Positions 39,301 to 47,822 of a stretch of DNA of 64,000 nt are shown here, in pieces. How positions within the stretch are numbered: position 1 is the first letter of the stretch; every line of letters starts with the position of its first letter. Below the pieces are notes generated by a model. The model saw only the letters and a program-made list of their open reading frames with translations, had not been told where the DNA came from and did not search any database. Source of the DNA: a bacterium (GTDB lineage Bacteria; J088; JAWLBW01). The stretch is taken from the NCBI GenBank assembly GCA_041690355.1, contig JAWLHK010000004.1:62001-126000 (forward strand), read 5' to 3'. Made by a program: the position numbers and the translations under genes.

Positions 39301-39711
39301 CTAAGACAGGCCGCTCACATCAAACCAAATGTGATGTGTGCCCTCAGAATCGATTCGCATACCGCCGCCGCCCTTTATTGCCTTGAGGTCGCCTGTACCG
39401 CTGTTTTCTATGATCGAGAAAAACTCGTTGGTTCTGTCTTTTCCACTAGTCGCTGCTGAGTGAATGAAATTGAATGTTCCGCGTTTTCCGTTCAGAGAGC
39501 CCTCGAACGATTCCATAGCGCAATATGCACCCCGCCCGGATGCGGGGTCGAATGCCGCAGTGAATAGTGTCGCTGATCGCCCTTCGATTTGTCCGAAATA
39601 CTGCTTTTCCATGGTGGCAACTCCTGTCGGCAATCCCGTCTGGATTCCCGGCGAGGGCGAAAGGGCTCCCGGCCTAAAGTCTTTGGTCGTAAACGTGCCG
39701 TTGATTCTCAT
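39301..39711 (-). CDS. DUF3224-family protein (gene cassette)
   Basis: KQYFGQIEGRS, AYCAMESFEGSLNGKRGTFNFIH, SGTGDLKAIKG; bounded by attC sites. Confidence 0.85.
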   Translation of the reverse strand: MRINGTFTTKDFRPGALSPSPGIQTGLPTGVATMEKQYFGQIEGRSATLFTAAFDPASGRGAYCAMESFEGSLNGKRGTFNFIHSAATSGKDRTNEFFSIIENSGTGDLKAIKGGGGMRIDSEGTHHIWFDVSGLS

Positions 39712-39753
39712 TGATGTGTGCTTCTCTAGAATATGTGTATCGTCGTGGCGCGG

Positions 39754-39849
39754 GCCCAACGTACATGCCTGAGCGGGCAAGGCCCAGGAAATGCATATAG
39801 CCTACCAAAGATCGCTTCGGGCCGCAGTCCGCTCGAGGCGTTGTTAGAC
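39754..39849 (-). other. attC site
   Basis: On -: GTCTAAC...GCCT(C)GAGCGG/CCGCTCAGGC stem with an extra C...GTTGGGC; the gene stop TAA lies inside R''. Confidence 0.85.
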
Positions 39850-40404
39850 CCGGGCAGGGACTTCAAAATGCCGCCCTCTATACCAACATTGAAGAAAGGC
39901 TGGGTCTATCCGAAGTGATAGTGACTTAGCATCCGACGTCTCGAGGATCTTCCAGTCGGAGGAGCCAGACCATTTGACCGACGAGATTCGAGCGTTTTCA
40001 ACTAACACATGAAAATTGTGCCCGCACTTCTTGCACTTTGGATAAATCATTTGCCCATCGGGCCATGAGAATTCTGTTGTAGCAAGCATCTGAGTTATCG
40101 AATTCACCGCTGAACAATTCGGGCAGTGGAGCCCAAGCCAAGTTGTTTGAATTGGGCGCGAAGGTGTCTCGTCTTCCTTTGTTTGAGAGATCGTGTCGAT
40201 GTCCGAAGGATCAAAAGGAATATTCGTTTGCCCCTCGATTCCTAAGATCTCGTCAGGGTAAACAATGAGTATGCGATAGGTTTCGCCGTTTTTCAGGCGT
40301 ATCGAAGCAATTGACGTGTCTTGGTGAAACTCATCCAATCCCCCGGGTGGAAGAAGCGAAGCAGGAATTCTAAGTTCGCGAAAATCGTCAGAGAGAAACC
40401 ACAT
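39844..40404 (-). CDS. Hypothetical cassette protein with CxxC...CxxC
   Basis: 186 aa, low GC, CPNC and CKKC motifs, bounded by attC sites. Confidence 0.75.
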   Translation of the reverse strand: MWFLSDDFRELRIPASLLPPGGLDEFHQDTSIASIRLKNGETYRILIVYPDEILGIEGQTNIPFDPSDIDTISQTKEDETPSRPIQTTWLGLHCPNCSAVNSITQMLATTEFSWPDGQMIYPKCKKCGHNFHVLVENARISSVKWSGSSDWKILETSDAKSLSLRIDPAFLQCWYRGRHFEVPARV

Positions 40405-40481
40405 TGGACAAGAACTCGGATGGGGGGATGTGCGCTTGTGCTCGGCGAACCGTTCCCATAATTGGGGAAGAGGTATGTTCG

Positions 40482-40564
40482 GTCTAACGAATAGGTTTTA
40501 TCCGCCGGCCGAGTGCACGGGTAGTTGTCTCATTCGCGTCCCGGTGGATAAAAGCCCGTTGGAC
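40482..40564 (-). other. attC-like site at the transposase-distal end of the IS91-like element
   Basis: On -: GTCCAAC-G-GGCTTTTATCCACCGG...CCGGCGGATAAAACC-TATTC-GTTAGAC. Confidence 0.75.
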
Positions 40565-40809
40565 GTAACCGCGTACAGCAGAGCCGTAAGAGGAAGCGTA
40601 CCCCCTTCTATGGGGATTGTAAAGCTGAGGCACCTGGGCAAGCGAGTGCCGTGGATGGTTCACGCGGGAGTACTGGACGGCTGGGTAGATTCCTGTTCTG
40701 CAATGGAGTCAATCTGTGCCTCTGATTTTCGCAAAATTCGTCGGTTGTATAGATCTTGCCGTCGCGCCTTTTGCGCGGTCAATGCCAGTCACCCGGTTGG
40801 CTGTCGAGT

Positions 40810-42036
40810 TCATGAGGAATCGCAGTATCCTGCCCGCGCGTTTGCCACCTGACGCCCCCAGGAAGGAAGCAGGAGGACGATCAGCATCGTGCCCTGGCGA
40901 CATCGCTCACACTGGCCGGGCTCGCGGCCTGTAATCTTACGGATGAGGTCTTCTTCGGATGTTGCCCTCTCTGTCGAATTCGGCTGCTTTCCAAGAAGGG
41001 CGCGACACGTCGCAATCTTGGTTTCTTTGGTGCGATTGGCGAAAAGGCCATAATGTCGGATGCGCTGAAACCCCTTGGGGAGCGCATGCAGGAGAAAACG
41101 TCGTAAGAATTCGTCAGCTGGAAGCGTCATGCTTGCCTTGCGATCGCCCTGCTTCCGGTCGCGATAGGAGAATGTGACCGTCTTGTCGCCGATGTGACGA
41201 ATTCGTTCATTCGAGATGGCGACGCGATGGGTGTATCGGCCCAAGTAGCGGAGTACATGCTCTGGTTTGGAGAAGGGCTCTTTGGCGTAGACGACCCATG
41301 GCTTAGCGCGGAGCGTCCGGATCAGGTTTCGGAAAGCAGCTTCTGACGCGTAGACTGCGCTGCGGCCGGGAAATGCCAGCTTGCACTGCTTATATGCAGA
41401 CAGAAGATGGGTGAGATATTTGCCGCGAAAGACCTTGCCGAGCGCTTTGACGGGAAACAAATAGTTGGGTCTTGCGTCCGTCCACGCCTGCCCATCCTCA
41501 GATAGCGCGCCGGCAGGGACAAGGCAATGTAGATGATGATGATCGCCCAGGGTCTGATTCCAGGTGTGCAGGACGGCGAGCACGCCTACCGTACCACCGA
41601 GATGGTTCTTTCCAAAAAGGAGCAAGGTCTCCGAGACGGCACGAAAAAGCATGTTCAGGAGGACCTGCTTATTTACGCAAATCAGCGGATTTAGAGCATG
41701 CGGCAAAGTAAAGACGACATGGAAGTAACCGACCGGCAGGAGCTCTGCCTGGCGCGCTGCAAGCCACCTCTCACGAGGTAAGGCCTGACACTTCGGACAA
41801 TGTCGGTTGCGACAGGAGTTGTAGGCGACGACCTCGTACCCGCATCGATCGCACTGCTCGACGTGGCCGCCCAGCTTCGCTGTCCGGCACTGCTTGACTG
41901 CGCGCAACACTTTGCGCTGATCGCGCCCGAGAGGACGAGAGTTCTCAAGGTCGGCGCCGAAGCGGCGAACGATATCTGCAAGTTCGTGGCGAGGTCTTTC
42001 TGGCTTCCTTGTCGCTCCATGCTCGTGGAGCGACAT
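40810..42036 (-). CDS. IS91-family (Y2 HUH) transposase
   Basis: Zn region CRT..LGG...CDRC...YNSCRNRHCPKC; LHTW...HLHC HUH motif; YLGRY. Confidence 0.92.
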   Translation of the reverse strand: MSLHEHGATRKPERPRHELADIVRRFGADLENSRPLGRDQRKVLRAVKQCRTAKLGGHVEQCDRCGYEVVAYNSCRNRHCPKCQALPRERWLAARQAELLPVGYFHVVFTLPHALNPLICVNKQVLLNMLFRAVSETLLLFGKNHLGGTVGVLAVLHTWNQTLGDHHHLHCLVPAGALSEDGQAWTDARPNYLFPVKALGKVFRGKYLTHLLSAYKQCKLAFPGRSAVYASEAAFRNLIRTLRAKPWVVYAKEPFSKPEHVLRYLGRYTHRVAISNERIRHIGDKTVTFSYRDRKQGDRKASMTLPADEFLRRFLLHALPKGFQRIRHYGLFANRTKETKIATCRALLGKQPNSTERATSEEDLIRKITGREPGQCERCRQGTMLIVLLLPSWGRQVANARAGYCDSS

Positions 42037-42038
42037 GG

Positions 42039-42872
42039 CTACGCCATTCCCGCAAGAAGGTCGTCCTGTCCATGGCGGCGCTGTTGCCGCACCTGGAGGT
42101 AGACTTGTGTCGTAAGCAGCGATGTGTGCCCCAGATAGGTCTGTATCGTCCGCAGGTCGACACCCGCCTCTAACAAATGGGTCGCGAAGCAGTGGCGTAG
42201 CGTGTGGATGCCGCGACCACGTTGGAGCTTTGCCTTTCGCCGTGCAGCTTCGTACGCACGTTGGATGGCCGTATCCGATACGGGGCTACCCTGATCGCGA
42301 CCCGGAAAAAGCCAGGTCTCCGGACGATGCAAGCGCCAATAAGTGCGCAGCGTTGCCAGAAGACTGGGTGTCAGCAACGTATAGCGGTCCTTCGCGCCCT
42401 TGCCAAGTTCGACGCGGACCTGCATGCGGTCGCTATCGATGTCCTGGCAGCGCAAATGGGTGAGTTCCTGCAAACGTAAACCCGTTCCGTAGGCCGTCAT
42501 GAGCATCGTGCGGTATTTGCCCGGCCGGCAGGCGGCGAATAAACGCGTCACTTCTTCTCGACTCAGGACTTCGGGCAGTCGTTTAGCTGAACGACGCTCT
42601 GGAAGGACAAAGCTGGCCTCTGGATTCTTGAGGACGTGCACGTATAGAAAGCGCATGGCTGCAGCGGCTTGGTTTACCGAGCTCCATGCGAGCTTTCGTT
42701 CTGTCGTGAGAAAGTGAAGGTACGCCTGTGCTTCGTCATGGCTGATGTGCTCCGGTGAGCGGTGGTAGTGCTTTGCCATCTGGGCGATGGCCGACACATA
42801 GGCTTCGCGGGTCCGAGGAGAAAAACGCCGTAACTCCATCAGCGCGATCATGCGCTTGCGAAGTGGGGTCAT
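42039..42872 (-). CDS. Tyrosine recombinase of the IS91-like element
   Basis: TGLR, GKGAKDR, HTLRH, LGH, TQVY: full R-K-H-R-H-Y set. Confidence 0.92.
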   Translation of the reverse strand: MTPLRKRMIALMELRRFSPRTREAYVSAIAQMAKHYHRSPEHISHDEAQAYLHFLTTERKLAWSSVNQAAAAMRFLYVHVLKNPEASFVLPERRSAKRLPEVLSREEVTRLFAACRPGKYRTMLMTAYGTGLRLQELTHLRCQDIDSDRMQVRVELGKGAKDRYTLLTPSLLATLRTYWRLHRPETWLFPGRDQGSPVSDTAIQRAYEAARRKAKLQRGRGIHTLRHCFATHLLEAGVDLRTIQTYLGHTSLLTTQVYLQVRQQRRHGQDDLLAGMA

Positions 42873-43002
42873 GAATGCCTCCTTAACCTTGGTTATCGCA
42901 GGTGCAGCCTGCGGGAGTCATTCTATTTCGGGAGGAGCGGACCGAGGAAAAACAATCAACAAAAAAGAGGGCACATGCCCCCTCTACCGCGATAGCGGTT
43001 TC

Positions 43003-43091
43003 GTTCAACGTCTGGGCGATTAGCGGTGGCCCATCTTCACATAGTTATACCATACTGCATTTTCGCCATCCGCTAGATCGCCGTGTTAGAC
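43003..43091 (-). other. attC site
   Basis: On -: GTCTAAC-ACGGC-GATCTAGC...GCTAATC-GCCCAGAC-GTTGAAC; L'' carries the extra C. Confidence 0.85.
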
Positions 43092-43110
43092 CAATCGTGT
43101 CTTACTGGCC

Positions 43111-43527
43111 CTACTCTAAACCTGCGGCTCCCTTCTTTAACGAATAAAGATGGCCAAAGAAAGATACCGCCGTAATTACTAAAAAGTAGGCGGTCTCCTT
43201 GCCAAAACCGAAATGAAGAAAACCACCTACCCAGAAGAGCAGGGCTCCAATAGCCCACAAAACTTCAAGCGAAGGCTTAAGTCTGCCTGCAGCGATGAAG
43301 ATTGCGAAAACACCACCGGACGTTATCAAATAATACAACGCAGTCGAAGCAACGATAAGACTCACGGGGAACTTTAACAGGGCCGGAATACCAAAACCAA
43401 AAATGGACTTCGAATAAGCAACGAGAACGATAAAGAGTGCGAAGCTGTCCCATAAACGAGCGGCCAGGATGACTTTCGTAGGATGGGGATTAGTATTAGG
43501 TCGCATTTTTTCAGTGTTCATGGTCAA
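43111..43527 (-). CDS. Hypothetical 4-TM cassette protein
   Basis: 138 aa, AT-rich, ends 19 nt before an attC. Confidence 0.7.
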   Translation of the reverse strand: MTMNTEKMRPNTNPHPTKVILAARLWDSFALFIVLVAYSKSIFGFGIPALLKFPVSLIVASTALYYLITSGGVFAIFIAAGRLKPSLEVLWAIGALLFWVGGFLHFGFGKETAYFLVITAVSFFGHLYSLKKGAAGLE

Positions 43528-43572
43528 TCGCTTGATCTCCCTGCCGACCAGAATTTTGAATGATTCAAGTTC

Positions 43573-43878
43573 TCAGGCTCTTACGTTACGACCTGGAAAG
43601 ATGCTGCCCAAGAAAATCGACGCGGAAACTGCTGCCACAAGAATCCGCCCTTTCATGCTTGGTTGGTAGCCTCCGATGTCAGCTGTGTACACGAAGAACG
43701 GTTCGCCGATCCAAAGAAAAGGGAAATAGATTATGTTCTCAAGAAATAGATAGATCATGCCTATATCTGGACCTAGTCGATATGCAATCTCCAAAATAAG
43801 TGGGACTATGGCCATTATGGCAAAAATCCATTGTACTGCTCGCAAAATCATATAGTACACAGCCACCGAAGAAGCCAC
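43573..43878 (-). CDS. Hypothetical membrane protein in the cassette array
   Basis: 101 aa, hydrophobic, AT-rich. Confidence 0.55.
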   Translation of the reverse strand: MASSVAVYYMILRAVQWIFAIMAIVPLILEIAYRLGPDIGMIYLFLENIIYFPFLWIGEPFFVYTADIGGYQPSMKGRILVAAVSASIFLGSIFPGRNVRA

Positions 43879-43910
43879 TTTTTTAGATGGGCCGAGGCAA
43901 CCCGCTCCTT

Positions 43911-44705
43911 CTAAGAGTCGTCGTTCTCTAGCTTGTTCTTCCTAGTTTGGAGTTCAGCAATGCTTGCCTCAAGTACTTGTGCAACTTCAGATTTAAGCTT
44001 ATGTTTTTCGAGTTTGAACATTGCCCAATGTTGTTCTTTAGTTGCACCAGCCTGAAACAGAATTCCTCTAAGCGAGTTGTCGCTACGCATGAGGACTCTC
44101 GAGTGTGCGATGATATCCTCAATTCGCTCGGTTGTTTCCTCAATTGCAGCCATCAAGGTCTTCGCACCACTTTCAATGAACGCAAATGAACCCTTTAGAC
44201 CATTTTCGGTAAGCTGGCCCGCGAGCAGTAGAGTTTTCACTTCATTGTAAGAAGTCACCAACGTGCGCAAATCAACTTCGAAAGCATGCAAGTCCTCGTT
44301 AATCCTGTAGTTGAGGTTCATGACCTCATTGTTCAATATTTCCTTGCTGAGTAGTTCTGTATACTTGAAAGTCGGGAATGTCAGAGTCTGAAGCCTCTCT
44401 GGGTTTGCTAGTCCGTCAACTAAGCCCTGCAGCAAAAAAACAGTTTTGCCTAGGCGATTATAGTTGTGGTTCATGTCGGCATTAATGGTTACCAGGGCTT
44501 CGAGGTATCGTATGCCTCGGCTGAAGACGTGTTGAAAGTAGAGGGCAAAAAGGCCGAAGGTAAACGCAGAGAATGCACCTAAGAAGGCACCTGCAGCCTG
44601 ACTGCCGGCATCTGTGCCGATCAATGTGTATATGAGTACCGAGCCAAGAGCCAATATCCCTATAAACGTGAGCAGAATTTTCTTCACCCACTTCGTACCT
44701 AGCAT
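43911..44705 (-). CDS. Hypothetical cassette protein (2 TM + long helical domain)
   Basis: 264 aa, AT-rich, GGAG RBS. Confidence 0.75.
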   Translation of the reverse strand: MLGTKWVKKILLTFIGILALGSVLIYTLIGTDAGSQAAGAFLGAFSAFTFGLFALYFQHVFSRGIRYLEALVTINADMNHNYNRLGKTVFLLQGLVDGLANPERLQTLTFPTFKYTELLSKEILNNEVMNLNYRINEDLHAFEVDLRTLVTSYNEVKTLLLAGQLTENGLKGSFAFIESGAKTLMAAIEETTERIEDIIAHSRVLMRSDNSLRGILFQAGATKEQHWAMFKLEKHKLKSEVAQVLEASIAELQTRKNKLENDDS

Positions 44706-44798
44706 TTTAGCTCCCAGTGGTAAGGTGGCGATACGACGATATCTTCTCTCAAATCTCTTGGCTGCATGAATGCGGCTATGCCATGGAGGTCTAACACT

Positions 44799-44987
44799 CT
44801 ATTGGCCTTCGCCGTGCTCAGTCTCCTGTACGTCTGAGCCGAAAACCTCAGAGAAGAAGCGCAGAAACAAGACGTAACCAAGTAGCAGTCCGAAAAAGAG
44901 CCATGAGTTTTCGATGCGAGTGCTAAGTCGCTCGTGAAAAAAAGCCCAAACGGCGACGCCAACCAGATAAATGCGAAAACGGGTCAT
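44799..44987 (-). CDS. Small 2-TM protein, first position in the array
   Basis: 62 aa, between GTTAGAC cores at 45026-45032 and 44789-44795. Confidence 0.5.
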   Translation of the reverse strand: MTRFRIYLVGVAVWAFFHERLSTRIENSWLFFGLLLGYVLFLRFFSEVFGSDVQETEHGEGQ

Positions 44988-45025
44988 AGCTTGTCATGTA
45001 GAGGCTTGGTAGTTCGCTCTCGCAG

Positions 45026-45060
45026 GTCTAACTACTGTTTATGCCCCCGAAATGCCGGAT
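45026..45060 (-). other. Probable attI site
   Basis: On -: ccggcatttcgggggcataaacagta-GTTAGAC, upstream of and divergent from intI, at the GC-content transition. Confidence 0.65.
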
Positions 45061-45112
45061 GCGATCCCCCCAGATTTGGGATCGAATCCCCCTTTACGGC
45101 GGCCAAGTATCC

Positions 45113-45127
45113 GTTCTATATTTGTTC
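45113..45127 (+). promoter_or_regulatory. Putative LexA box upstream of intI
   Basis: GTTC-TATATTT-GTTC. Confidence 0.7.
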
Positions 45128-45174
45128 GAGAGGAGATTAGGCCCCCGAATACACGATCCCTTATATCCCAGATG

Positions 45175-46154
45175 ATGACGGAACACAAACCGGAACCGCG
45201 CCTGCTCGATCGGGTGCGGGAGTCCATCCGCCTGCGGCACTACAGCCTGCGTACCGAAGAAGCCTACGTGCACTGGATTCGACGCTTCATCCTGTACCAT
45301 GGCAAACGCCACCCGGCCGAGATGGGGCACGAAGAGGTGCGGGCGTTTCTTTCCTACCTCGCGCAGGAACGCACCGTGTCGGCCTCGACCCAGAACCAGG
45401 CCCTGGCCGCCCTGCTCTTTCTCTACGGAAAGGTTCTGGAACGCCCCCTCGAAGAGCTGCGAGAGGTCGAACGGGCAAAGCGCCGGTCGCGCGTCCCCGA
45501 GGTGTTCACGCCCGACGAGGCCCGCCGCGTTCTCGCCCACCTGCAGGGGACCCACTGGCTCATGGCCTCGCTCCTGTACGGATCCGGCCTGCGGCTGCTC
45601 GAGTGCCTGCGGCTGCGCGTCAAGGATGTCGACTTCGGCTATCGGCAACTCACCGTGCGCGACGGAAAAGGGGGCAAGGACCGCGTCACCATGCTCCCCG
45701 GCTCGCTCGAAGAGCCGCTGCGGCGCCAGATCGAGCACGCCGCCGCCCTTCACGCGCAGGACCTGCGCGAGGGATACGGGAGCGTCTACCTTCCCGATGC
45801 GCTCGCCCGGAAGTTTCCGCGCGCCGCGAGCGAGCTCGGCTGGCAATACCTGTTCCCCTCGGCGAAACGCTCGCGCGACCCGCGCAGCGGCCTCGAGCGC
45901 AGGCATCACCTCGACGAGAAGACCCTGCAGCGCGCCGTGCACGCCGCCATCCGCGCCGCCGGCGTACGCAAACATGCCTCCTGCCACACCTTCCGTCACT
46001 CCTTCGCCACGCACCTGCTGCAGGCCGGTTATGACATCCGCACGGTGCAGGATCTTCTCGGCCACCGCGACGTCAAGATGACCATGGTGTCACCCATGCG
46101 CTGCAGGCGGGCGCCTTCGGCGTGAAGAGCCCGGTGGACGGCCTCCTGGGTTGA
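45175..46154 (+). pseudogene. intI: Integron integrase, frameshifted at the catalytic Tyr
   Basis: [39 protein letters not shown], IntI-specific insert [14 protein letters not shown]...WQYLFP...[28 protein letters not shown] at 46087-46097 lacks the A of TAC. Confidence 0.9.
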
Positions 46155-46220
46155 CTGCCGGCAGGAGGACCTGGCCTCGGCGCCGTATGGTAAGAACCAT
46201 ATGAATCTGGGAGAATAGAG

Positions 46221-46517
46221 GTGCAAGGTTTTGAATGGGACCTCGCCAAGGATCTGGAGAACCGGGCGAAACATGGCGTCTCTTTTGCAGAGGCCGTGGA
46301 AACGTTCGGGGATCCCCGGGGAATCGTGTTGGAGGATATCGCCCACTCAGAGGACGCGGCCAGATTTTATTGGGTCGGACGCTCGCGAGCCGGCCGCGTT
46401 CTCACCACCCGGTACACGCGCCGGGGGTCATCCATTCGTATCTTTGGATGCGCGGAGTGGCGGCGATTCAGGAGATATTATGAAAGCGCCCAAAGCGAAG
46501 AACCTGCGAAAGAATGA
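46221..46517 (+). CDS. BrnT-family toxin
   Basis: FEWDLAKDLENRAKHGVSFAEA...F.DP...HSE..RF...IRIF. Confidence 0.85.
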   Translation: MQGFEWDLAKDLENRAKHGVSFAEAVETFGDPRGIVLEDIAHSEDAARFYWVGRSRAGRVLTTRYTRRGSSIRIFGCAEWRRFRRYYESAQSEEPAKE

Positions 46518-46758
46518 ACGGGAAACCGCGCGGATCCGCGCCTCGGCCCGCAGCACGCCCACGGTGAAAATCACCGTCAACATCGAGGCCGAGACGCTGG
46601 GGCAGCTGCGGGCCATGGCCGAGGCTTCTGGGGTGCCCTACCAGCGCTTGCTGAACAAGCTGCTGCGCGAAAGCCTGGGGCAGGCCGTGACCACCCAAAG
46701 CCGCCTCGACCGATTGGAACGGGAAGTCGCTTTGCTGAAGCGGAAGCTGGCGGCGTAA
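46480..46758 (+). CDS. BrnA/CopG-type antitoxin
   Basis: KITVNI...LRAMAEASGVPYQRLLNKLLR; overlaps the toxin end. Confidence 0.8.
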   Translation: MKAPKAKNLRKNERETARIRASARSTPTVKITVNIEAETLGQLRAMAEASGVPYQRLLNKLLRESLGQAVTTQSRLDRLEREVALLKRKLAA

Positions 46759-46810
46759 GGGCACACCAATTCCGGCGAGCGTCCGCGCGAGGGGATTTCC
46801 CCGAGGTGCG

Positions 46811-47245
46811 TCACCGACCCTGAAGCGGATTCAGCCACCGAAGGTCTGGAAATTTCGCGAAATCCCGGTCCGTGCTGACCCACTCGGCACCGAGTTCAAT
46901 GGCGAGTGCGGCGTGGTGGGCATCGGCGACGAGCTTGTCGCGGGCGTTCAGTTTGCGACAGAGATCCGTAAAAACAGACCAGTGACGCGCCCCGGCTCTG
47001 AGGGGGCGGGCGTTCGGAGTTGCAACCAGGGAGTCGCAGAAGGCAAGGGCGCTCGTGGTGGTATCCGGTTGCTTGAAGATGCGCTTGCTGGTGACGATGC
47101 GGACAAAGCCGCTCAGCACCAGTTCAGAAATTCCGAACGGCTCGGTTGCTTGGCGCGTCGACTCGAAAAGCTCGCCGCAGCGGTCGTGATGTTCCAGATC
47201 CGGCCGATAAGCGTGAACCAGGACATTGAGGTCAACAGCGCGCGT
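46811..47245 (-). CDS. vapC: VapC PIN toxin whose expected start codon reads ACG (possible pseudogene)
   Basis: RAVDLNVLVHAYR, FVRIVT, LVADAHHAALAIE, STDRDFAKF, WLNPL. Confidence 0.75.
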   Translation of the reverse strand, partial: TRAVDLNVLVHAYRPDLEHHDRCGELFESTRQATEPFGISELVLSGFVRIVTSKRIFKQPDTTTSALAFCDSLVATPNARPLRAGARHWSVFTDLCRKLNARDKLVADAHHAALAIELGAEWVSTDRDFAKFPDLRWLNPLQGR

Positions 47246-47483
47246 CGTCGATATCCAGGTCGTGAAGCAGCTCGGACGTACTGTCGAGTTGAACACCGGG
47301 TTGCAGGCCGCCGCGGCAACGCGAAACCGGAAGCGGCGGTGGCGCCGGGCGGATTCTCACGCCCGGGTGAAGGTAGTCACGCAGAGCAGCCTCGATAATG
47401 GCCGTGACGGTGCGCCCCGATTCGGCAGCCACTTTCCTGGCCTCGCGAATCAATGCATCGTTCAAGTTGAGCGTCGTCTTCAT
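47232..47483 (-). CDS. vapB: VapB-type antitoxin
   Basis: MKTTLNLNDALIREARKVAAESGRTVTAIIEAALR. Confidence 0.85.
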   Translation of the reverse strand: MKTTLNLNDALIREARKVAAESGRTVTAIIEAALRDYLHPGVRIRPAPPPLPVSRCRGGLQPGVQLDSTSELLHDLDIDDARC

Positions 47484-47611
47484 GCGGATCAGCATATCAT
47501 CTGCTTCTGCATATCTGCTCAGGCTGTGGTTTGGCTCCCTGGCTCCCCCAGGCGCTGCTGCTCGCCGACGCTCGCGGGAAGGGCAAAGAAAAACAGCAGG
47601 GCCCTTCCGCG

Positions 47612-47659
47612 AACCCAGGACGGCTGTCCTGGGCAATATGCCGTCGCCCCTTCAGGGCT
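47612..47659. repeat. REP-like palindromic element
   Basis: CCCAGGAC-GGCT-GTCCTGGG hairpin followed by GCCCC-TTCA-GGGC. Confidence 0.55.
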
Positions 47660-47822
47660 CCAGAGGGAACCGGCCGGAACCACATGACGCACATGGATCC
47701 ACTGTAAAGCAGCACCGCTTGCTCCCCTGGGGGAGCCCTGGATCGCAGTGGTCACAAGGTGGGGGCCGCGACAGCGGGCCGCTCATGACCCGTCGTACCC
47801 ACCGGCCGGAAGCGGCTTGCCG

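Larger units (their letters stand above)
40558..43009 (-). mobile_element. IS91-like element (tyrosine recombinase + Y2 transposase) within the integron array
   Basis: Two-gene module bounded by imperfect 15-bp inverted repeats GTTGGACGTAACCGC (40558-40572) and GCGGTTTCGTTCAAC (42995-43009); oriIS-like ACAATCCCCATAG on - at 40608-40620. Confidence 0.8.
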
